DNA of 64,000 nucleotides from Macrostomum lignano (taxonomy: Eukaryota), in assembly GCA_002269645.1 (NCBI GenBank), contig NIVC01002768.1, positions 78,180 through 142,179 of the forward strand, written 5' to 3'. This document shows, one piece after another, positions 55,439 to 64,000 of this stretch (its first letter is position 1; each line of letters opens with the position of its first letter). The position numbers were made by a program, and so were the translations under genes. The notes under the pieces were generated by a model. The model worked only from the letters and a program-made list of their open reading frames with translations, searched no databases and had not been told where the DNA came from.

Positions 55439-58400
55439 ATGGCGTGGCTGCAATCGAGAGCTACCTACCTTAATCTAATGGCAATCGCCTGCCTCTGCTA
55501 CTGCGCCGACTGCGAAACCGTCGCACATGTATTTAGCATTGGACCCGTCAACTGCAACCTGACATCGTCTGGTCTTCCCTTTGACCGTGAAGTGAAAGTG
55601 TTATGTTCGCCCGACAAAGGACTCCACGTGACTCTGGAGGAGGGCAACATTGAACGCATCCTGCAACGTAGCAAAGAATATTGGAATGAAGCTCCTAGGT
55701 ATTTCGAACTGCACTTTATAAACGTTCACCTGCAGTTCCCGAAGCCGCGAGACGTCGCGCCTGAGCAACTCCTGACCAAATTGCAGCTGCGGCAGTGCGA
55801 CATAGCCGAAATGAGGAGTGAATTCTTTAAAAAGTGGCTACACAATACCGGTAGTGTGTCATTTCAGGAGTGCAAGTTTAAAGGCTTCGCTTGCTCAGAC
55901 CTGGGTCGAGCATTCAGCACCAGCCAGATTAACGAGCTGCAGTTCATCGACTGCAAGTGGTGCCAGCAGACAACCATTGGAAACATTACCGCTAGTCAGA
56001 TGACTATCAGCCAATCGGTTGCTCAGAAGGACGTTATGCTAAACGTCAACGAAATCACGTTGAAAAAGAACATGAGCATTACCGTCAAATCTGGTTGGCA
56101 GCAGGCCAGATTAGGCCGGATCCGCCCCGCCCATCTGGTCCTATCCGGCTTGGAGCTGTCTGATTCTCTTGGCCGAGACTTTCTGCGCGACGCCAAGCCC
56201 TACAGTGTGCAGCTGCGGCGGTGCAAGCTGCCGCCGGGCGCCTCCAGCAGCCTGCTGCAGAATATCCTGCGCGTGAACGATCTGAGCCTGCGGGACACCG
56301 ACATTGAAGATTTGCCTCTGGTGCCAATCTCAGGCGTGGAGCTGACCACGTTGGAGGTGCGAAATTGTCGACTGGACAAAGTGAATTTCTCTCGGCTAAT
56401 CTACGCGTCTGGAAAGTTGGTCTCGCTCAATCTGGTCAATGCGTCCATCAAGCAGCTGCCGGGTTCCTGGTCTCGCGTTGCCAATGGAAGCATCTTAAGC
56501 CGTCTGAACCTGGTAGACTTGAGCAACAACCTCATACGTTTCGTACCATTTGTTCCGAACGGCCGTGCGTACTTCGATTCGGATCACTTTGAGGTCAAAC
56601 TTGGCGGCAATCCACTGCACTGCGGCTGCGAACTCAAATGGCTCGCCTCGGAAGACACTCAAGTTCAGGCGGTTTACAGAAACGACGATCCAAAGTGAGT
56701 GTTTGCACTTCTGCAGATGTATTTCTGATAGGTTTTTTATATATTAGAACACCTTGGCTGCATGCATTGAGGGATTTGATACTGAAAAATCGTGTTAAGG
56801 AGAGTGGCTGGCTGGAAAGGAAAGGCTGGAGGCCGATAAGGAACGCGTACTTGTCGTTTCGACATTTCGACATTTTTACATTCGTTGTCGTTGTCGTATC
56901 GACCGAATTTGTCTATGGCTCCGGCCTCCAGCTCGTTTCAAAGAAAAGCGAGTTTGGTGTCCTTCTACTTCAGTTGTCCATGTCAGCTGAATAAAATCTA
57001 TCTATGAAATATGCATTCAAGGCTTTACTTAGTCACATTGTTACACCGATTAAGGGGCTCGAAGATCTGCGAGTCTCAAAAAACAGCTTGGCTAAACCTC
57101 GCAATAGCTGACTATTGGCTCCTCTAGTGCCAAAAATCCTTCTTATTAGCAAGGAAACTTCTAGTTTTTATGCTCTTCTCTCAAAGCCTCTTTTTGCCGC
57201 TTACGAAGTAAGTAACGTAATCAAATCCAAGTAACAAAGTAAAATATAGGGGCCTGTTTTAATAGCTCGATTACCAGCAGAAACGATGCATTTGCAGAAA
57301 ATGTGCAATTAGCGCCAGTTCTGCTTGAAAGCGCAAGTGGCTTCATTTTAGCCAAAGAATCCAAAATAGTGCGGATGAACTGTTTATTCACTGCCAGCCT
57401 GAAATGGCTGGGCTGGGCGAGGCTGAAATTCAAGTATCTCTCGGCAGAAATTATTCATGCGGTATTAAACGGCTAAGGCTGCTGAGGGCGCCTTGGCAAC
57501 ACGCTTGGGAGGAGGGCTGTAGAGCTGGTTGAGTATCGCTGGCTAAGCACCGGCAAGGGACTGTGTGGATTGGGGAGAAAAGAAGTTTTATTAAAACCAC
57601 ACCCCAACTTCTATGAGCGAGAGGTCATGACCCGACCAGTTTTGTTCAGCATTTATGCTTTATTATGCGATTCAGTTAGATAAACTCTTAGCACAATCTA
57701 TCAAATGGATTTCTCCTGTAAGATTTGTGCGCCAAGTTGACTCAAGTGAGTAGCAACACGAAATTACACTTTGAGTGTCCCTGTGAGCACAGTTGAAGCT
57801 AGATGTGGGCTCATATAGACAGCCTCATTAGCCACTGAACGCGAAGAAGTGGATTAAGTCAGGCCAGCTGGAAAATTATAGCTTCCCAACGAGTTCGGAG
57901 TTTGCTAATCCTCCCATTGGGGATTCGGTAACTCAATCTGCGCCAATGCATCGTATTACTTCGCCTTGTCCGTGCACTTTACCTCCTCGGGTCCAGTCTC
58001 AGCGAAGTCTCGCCATCAACTATTTGGATAATAGCAAGATTCTCAAAAATAGTGCATATATTTTAATGTAGCTCGTACCACAATAATAAAAAAATACGAT
58101 TTCCGCAAGGACCGACAAATGAGTCCAAAAATGAAAGCAGCAAATTGTTCTAATCAATCTGCTTCACAGATGCGTCACTCCGAAGCACCTGGCGGGCCTG
58201 CGCGTTGTTGAAGCCTTTCGCAAATACAACCCCTGCGACACGGACGGCGGCATTGAACCACCGGAGGGCGGCGAAAAGGGCAGCGGCGGCCAAAAACCGG
58301 ACAGTCCACCCGGTGAGGCGGGCGCCTCCCTCCTGGCCATCATCGTTGCCATCGTGGTGACGCTGATCGTGGCCGTCCTGCTGCTGGTGCTCTGCTGCCA

Positions 58401-60205
58401 GCTGAAGAAGCGAGCCGGCCGGCAGAATGATCGAGACAAAGTCAAGTACACGTGAGTGACTGGCTGCTTGGAATGTCTATGGTTAGGGCTCTGTAGAATT
58501 GTTCATAGACAGTTGAGTCTAATGGAAGCTTGGAATGTCTGTGGCTAGGGCTCTGTAGACAGCTGAGGTAAATGGAAGCTTGGAATGTCTGTGGCTAGGG
58601 CTCTGTAGACAGCTGAGGTAAATGGAAGCTTGGAATGTCTGTGGCTAGGGCTCTGTAGACAGCTGAGGTAAATGGAAGCTTGAAATGTCTATGGTTAGGG
58701 CTCTCTAGAATTGACCATAGATAATTGACTATAGACCATAGAGGAGGGGAGAGAGAAGATGGAATAGAGAAGAGTAGAGGAGAGGGGGAGAAGGAGAAGA
58801 GGAGAGAGGAGAGAGGAGAGAAATGAGAGGAGAGAAGGGAGAGGAGAGAAAGGAGAGGAAAGAAGGGAGAGGAGAGAAGGGAGTGGATAGAAGGGAGAGG
58901 AGAGCTGACAGAGACAAACCCTCAGCAGGCAGGATTGCTATTGTGAAGTTTCAGAGGACCTGGGGGTCGGATAAAGAGGGCACGTGACCCGCAGGCCGGG
59001 GTTTGCCGACCTCTAATGCCAGATGCCAGCCTCAGATGAGGTTGGCACAATTGGCAGCGAGAGTCCTTCAGCTTTAGAAAAGCGGGAACCGAATTCAGAA
59101 GATATTTCAGCAACCATTCAGCACTCAAGTGATGGTGTAAAAATGTTTCCATGGGTACAAAAGTTTGTTTCAGAATGTCCCTATCGGCAAAATGCAAATT
59201 TGATTTTCTATTTAGAGAAGACAGCCAAATGATGTCAATAAATGCGCAGTTTCTCCATAGATAGATATCTAGTAGATGATCTCACCACATGCTTACAAGG
59301 ATTAAGATATTTTTTAAAGCACTTTGCCCTTAGTAATACATCATAGTGACAGAAATGCGACCAAAACCTGGTGTTCCCTGATTAAAAAAAGGAATCGCTA
59401 ATATGAAAAAAGCCGAAAATTGAAATTGGTTTTTGCGCAGTTGGTCCGACGGCAGGTCCTCCTAGCACGTTGTAAAGCTTCAAGTTCGCAAATTTAAGAA
59501 TGGTTTCTTTCACGTGGTAACCGACTAAAGTAAAAACTCTTGACTTGTTTGCTTGGTGGTGAAAGGGCGTGAGAACTCATGGCTGATGAAGTTCCCGCTG
59601 GCGAATCGAAGCTGAGACAACAGACTCCTGCTGTCCTCAATGTAAGACAAGAATGTGAAGTTTGCGTACAGTTCCAGTGATTGATTGTAAGGAAGATTTT
59701 CTCTGTCTTTGCTTTTACTGATATAAGAGGCTTTGTTTTTTAAGCTTCCAAGCTTCCCATACGAGTATTAGTGAATCTGTCATGCTTGGTCGTATGAAGG
59801 ACTACTCAAGTACAAGGACGGGAAACTACGTTTCTTAGAAAATTTTGGAATTCTTAGAAACAGTGTACATTACGGAGATGGGAAGTTTTTTTCAGCACGA
59901 AAATTGTGCAAGACACATCGAAAGATGAACATTGGGTCTGCCTCCACATTTTTGTGCTGAAAAAGAAAACCTACAATCTCTCTAGTGTATTTTTTCGGTA
60001 AAGCCTGCCCTAAAATTTTCCAAGAAACGTAGTTCCCCTCTATATTTGAGCATTCTTTGGTTCCGCATCTGGAGAGCAGAACACCAACGGTGACGCAACT
60101 GAGCACAATTTATCGACTTCATTTTTATTCTGTAGGCTATCGCCGTGGGAAGACAATCCCGTAATGCAAATGAACGGCTACTCAGTGCTGAGGTATAACG
60201 CCTGA
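55439..60205 (+). CDS. Type I single-pass LRR membrane protein (~535 aa), no TIR domain
   Basis: Exons 55439-56694, 58170-58451 and probably 60136-60205 (phase 2 junctions). Signal peptide; LRRs (LNLVDLSNNLI); LRRCT NPLHCGCELKWL...K|CVTPKHLAG...C; TM LLAIIVAIVVTLIVAVLLLVLCC; short basic/Tyr tail. The last exon is least certain. Confidence 0.85.
58465..58725. repeat. 50-bp tandem repeat at the start of LRR-gene intron 2
   Basis: GAAGCTTGGAATGTCTGTGGCTAGGGCTCTGTAGACAGCTGAGGTAAATG, about 5 copies. Confidence 0.9.
58730..59015. mobile_element. hAT/Charlie-like MITE, GA core plus right end
   Basis: GA tract, then ...GCAGGCCGGGGTTTGCCGACCTCTA. Confidence 0.6.
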
Positions 60206-60939
60206 CGCATCAGTTTTCATTTCTAAAGCTGTTAGTTTTAGCATTTGCACTTTTGTGTCCGTGCAAGTACACTGTGGGTGTTGCTATGAACGAGACCTGT
60301 TGCATTTTTGACCTCTGCTCTTGTGTTAACTAAGTCTCTTGTCTCTGTAGTTAGCTCTTATTGTCGTGGTTTCTTCCTCATTTTGCACAGTTTTAAACCA
60401 GTCACTGGTTGCGTGGTGTGGTGTTTAACTATATACTAATGCCAGCATCATCAAAGCACCTAGACAACTACTGGGTACTTGGTAGTACCAGTTTATTTCG
60501 TTTTTCTTGTGCATTATCCAGCAAATTTGGTGCAGCTAAAGAATGCGTCTCTAATGAAAAATTGCACGCCTGCGAATGCGTCGTTTTTTTAAATCTCGTA
60601 TCAGATTTGTTTCGTTTCTGCGACTTCTGCGCAGTTGGATCGGTGCCCCGCTTTGCTCTCCTTCCTCTCTAGTTGGTGACAGGAAGTTCAGCTTACAGGC
60701 ATATAGTTTGCCAGCACTGCATCTTGCTGTGCTCACCACACCACGCTGGGTCCTCTGGATGAAGTCAAGATTAATAGCATAGAATGAATTACAGTATAAA
60801 CCAGCAGCAGACTCCACTGTACCCTATACTCTCTCAGACAATTAATTAGTGATAGTTTAATTATCACTTTGGGGTGGACTCTGCCTTATTTTTTAGGATT
60901 CTCAAACTATAGCGTCCTTCGGCTCTCGTTGTCCGTGAA

Positions 60940-61815
60940 AACCCTCCAACAGTCATTTTTCCTAGCATCCGTGAATACCCTCCAACAGTTATTCCTAGCA
61001 TCCGTGAATACCCTCCAATAGTCACTGTTCCTAGCATCCGTGAATACCCTCCAACAGTCATTGTTCCTAGCATCCGTGAATACCCTCCAACAGTTATTCC
61101 TAGCATCCGTGAATACCCTCCAACAGTTATTCCTAGCATCCGTGAATACCCTCCAATAGTCACTGTTCCTAGCATCCGTGAATACCCTCCAACAGTTATT
61201 CCTAGCATCCGTGAATACCCTCCAATAGTCACTGTTCCTAGCATCCGTGAATACCCTCCAACAGTTATTCCTAGCATCCGTGAATACCCTCCAATAGTCA
61301 CTGTTCCTAGCATCCGTGAATACCCTCCAACAGTGACTGTTCCTAGCATCCGTGAATACCCGCCAACAGTTATTCCTAGCATCCGTGAATACCCTCCAAC
61401 AGTTATTCCTAGCATCCGTGAATACCCTCCAACAGTTATTCCTAGCATCCGTGAATACCTCCAACAGTTATTCCTAGCATCCGTGAATACCCTCCAACAG
61501 TCACTGTTCCTAGCATCCGTGAATACCCTCCAATAGTCACTGTTCCTAGCATCCGTGAATACCCTCCAACAGTCACTGTTCCTAAGCATTCATTAATTAC
61601 CTCCAACAGTCACTGTTCCTAAGCATTCATTAATTACCTCCAACAGTCACTGTTCCTAAGCATTCATTAATTACCTCCAACAGTCACTGTTCCTAAGCAT
61701 TCATTAATTACCTCCAACAGTCACTGTTCCTAAGCATTCATTAATTACCTCCAACAGTCACTGTTCCTAAGCATTCATTAATTACCTCCAACAGTCACTG
61801 TTCCTAAGCATCCAT
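60940..61815. repeat. 33/36-bp minisatellite grading into a 37-bp variant
   Basis: CCTAGCATCCGTGAATACCCTCCAACAGTTATT, then CCTCCAACAGTCACTGTTCCTAAGCATTCATTAATTA. Confidence 0.95.
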
Positions 61816-62584
61816 GAATACATCACTATTCATGGAGAACGCTTTGTAATATTATTAAATTCTTTTTTCAATCCTCTTTAGCTTCACTTTTGAGTTATAT
61901 ATATTCTCAAGCTTAAAAAGCTGCTTTATCTGACTAAACTCTGAAAATTCTGCATTACCAGGCGGAGATGCAATGAATGCAATGCAATAAACAAGCTGCG
62001 TTTTTGGAAGCGTTTTGAGCAACTACACCCGGCCTCCCAATTCTATTAGTTAGAAGGATCGGAACTCGCGATAAGATAACAGGGGCCGAGCTCACGGGCT
62101 AGCCAGAGAGAGACAGAAGGGGAAGGCGGTGAGCAAACACAATCCCGAATGTTGGATTTGCCATTCGAGCTGTTTAGACTGCCAGAATTTGGTCACATCC
62201 GATTGCCCCCTGTGCGGTGGGCGCGTGCACTCGATGATTTATGACATTAGGCTAATATGATATAATTTAACAGAACCAATTGAAGTTGAGGTTTGAAAGA
62301 GTTTTATTGCGATTTTTTGTTTCGAGTTTTTGAAAAAGTCACTAAATGTATAGCGAAATTAAGGATTGCCCCGGAGATACGAATAAAGCATTTTGATGGG
62401 CGTGGCAGTCTTTGAAGATAAGACTGCCTGACTGTGTGGCAAGCCGTGCTCAATCTAGGAAAGGGAGCCACAATTCTGCTACAAAACTGTTGCAAATTTT
62501 CTTACTTCCAACTGGCAGTTAACCGTTAAAGTCAAATTTTATAAAACTTCAAAATTTCAAGATTATTCACTGGTTTTTCCAGTA

Positions 62585-63460
62585 CAGGGCCGGCAACTTT
62601 TTTACCTCAAAGGCCAGATAGAGAACCTAGTGCATGACTGTGAGGAGGGAGAGAGAGAGGGAATAGAGAAGAGAGAAGAGAGATAGGAGAAAGGAGAGGA
62701 GGACTGGTGACCGCTACACTCAGAAACTTCAATTTCTGCGAAGTTGATGTCTACGTGGGTAAGTAGTATATTAAAGAATCGAATTTAAAATAGGGAAGAA
62801 ACGAAATAGGAGACGAGAGAAGAGAGAAAAGAGAGAGGAGAGAAAGGAGACAGGAGAGTAGAGAAAGGAGAGAGGAAAGAAAGGAGAAGAGAGAGAGAGA
62901 TGAGAAAAGGAGAAGAGAGAGGAGAGAGGAGGAGAGAGAGAGAGGAGAAAGGAGAAGAGAGAGGAGAGAGGAAGAGGAGAGAGAGAAAGGAGAGAGGAGA
63001 GGAGAGAGGAGAGAAAGGAGAAGAGAGAGGAGAACAGGAGAGGAAGAGGAGAGAAAGGAGAGGAGAGAGGAGAGGAGAGAGAGAGAAAGGAGAGGAGAGA
63101 GGAGAGGAAGAGGAGAGAAAGGAGAGGAGAGAGAGGAGAGAGGAGAGAAAGAGAAGAGAGAGAAGAGGAGAGAGAGGAGAGAAAGGAGAGAGAGAGAGAG
63201 GAAGAAAGGAGAGGAGAGAGAGAGGGAGAGGAGAGAAAGGAGAAGAAGAGGAGAGAGGAGAGGAGAGAGGAGAAAGGAGAGGAGAGGAGAGGAGAGAGAG
63301 AGAGGAAGAAGAGGAGAGAGGAGAGACTCGGAAGAGAGAGAAAGGAGAAGAGAGGAGATCAGACAGAACGGAGCTGAGAAGAGACACAAATCTTGAGCGG
63401 GCCAGATCGCTATTGTGAAGTTCCAAAGGCCCGAGAGCCAGATAGAGGGTTACGCTAAGT
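62585..63460. mobile_element. hAT/Charlie-like MITE with GA-rich core
   Basis: CAGGGCCGGCAACTTTTTTACCTCAAA... left end, GA tract, and CTTGAGCGGGCCAGAT...GTGAAGTT shared with 26345-26375 and 58930-58950. Confidence 0.65.
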
Positions 63461-63832
63461 TAAAGAAAAGTTGCTTAATATTCAATAAGGGCCGTATTGA
63501 ACATTCCCAAACACCGATTCAATAAATATTGACAGAAAATCGCAGACTCAATTGTTATTTAAAAATGTGCGCTTCGATGAGGTACCTATTGTGCAAGAGC
63601 TCGTAACTCCGAATGAACCCTGTAGGTAATTTTCCTCTGCATTTTTCTTCCCTTCGCTTTCGGTATTAAAGCATAATAGATTTACTAATACAAAATCTAC
63701 TGATATTTTTCGCTCCGTTTTACTTTCCATTTGACCTGCTGCTAGGACCTATCAATCAGTCGTTTATCGTTTCCTCCGCACTGCAGCCCGGCAAGCAAAG
63801 AGGATCCCAGAAGCAACAGCGACCGAACCACG

Positions 63833-64000
63833 ATGTTGCGAAAACGACGAGTCTCACGCCCGCAAGTCGGTCAGCGTCTATTCCTAGAGAGTGCGAAGTA
63901 CCGACTGAATGCGAGCTTGGCTTTCCTATTAGCTGTTGTTGCTGCTGCTACATTGCTGCTTCCTGCTACATCTGCGCGCTTTTTACAGTCTCAATGCTAG
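63833..64000 (+). CDS. Possible 55-aa ORF with a signal-peptide-like segment
   Basis: MLRKRR...LAFLLAVVAAATLLLPATSARFLQSQC*, preceded by a CTGCAG acceptor at 63786. No homology recognised; lies at the window edge. Confidence 0.2.
   Translation: MLRKRRVSRPQVGQRLFLESAKYRLNASLAFLLAVVAAATLLLPATSARFLQSQC

Noticed and set aside
60551-60817. Minus-strand ORF with RRSRR and KKRR basic sites (prohormone-like)
   Set aside because: No signal peptide or upstream exon found; probably falls in the 3' region of the LRR gene.

Overview
Eukaryotic (animal) genomic DNA with GC-rich exons, AT-rich introns and intergenic DNA, and about 20 minisatellite arrays. The style suggests a free-living flatworm such as Macrostomum (inference only). 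Genes in order: an intronless STAT transcription factor; RPLP1; three tandem two-exon genes for short TRAF-like proteins (RING plus zinc fingers, no MATH domain, His/Cys-swapped RING); two tandem selenoprotein W-like genes missed by the ORF track (in-frame UGA in CGAU, each with a SECIS); two C6orf89/BRAP-like paralogs; a small ORF with a PP1-docking-like motif; a five-exon M17 leucyl aminopeptidase with a dead tyrosine-recombinase fragment in intron 2; and a three-exon LRR single-pass membrane protein. Mobile DNA includes hAT-like MITEs, a 40-bp TIR element with an 8-bp TSD, a tRNA-derived SINE family, and RTE and LINE-ORF1 fragments. Most long ORFs in the track are repeat artefacts. The most unusual points are the variant-RING mini-TRAFs, the SelW pair, a 55-bp intronic array carrying 12 exact STAT consensus sites, and intronic arrays built from 3' splice-site sequence. 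No CRISPR, rRNA or intact tRNA was seen. Exon models are manual, from GT-AG sites and frame continuity. Repeat boundaries are approximate.
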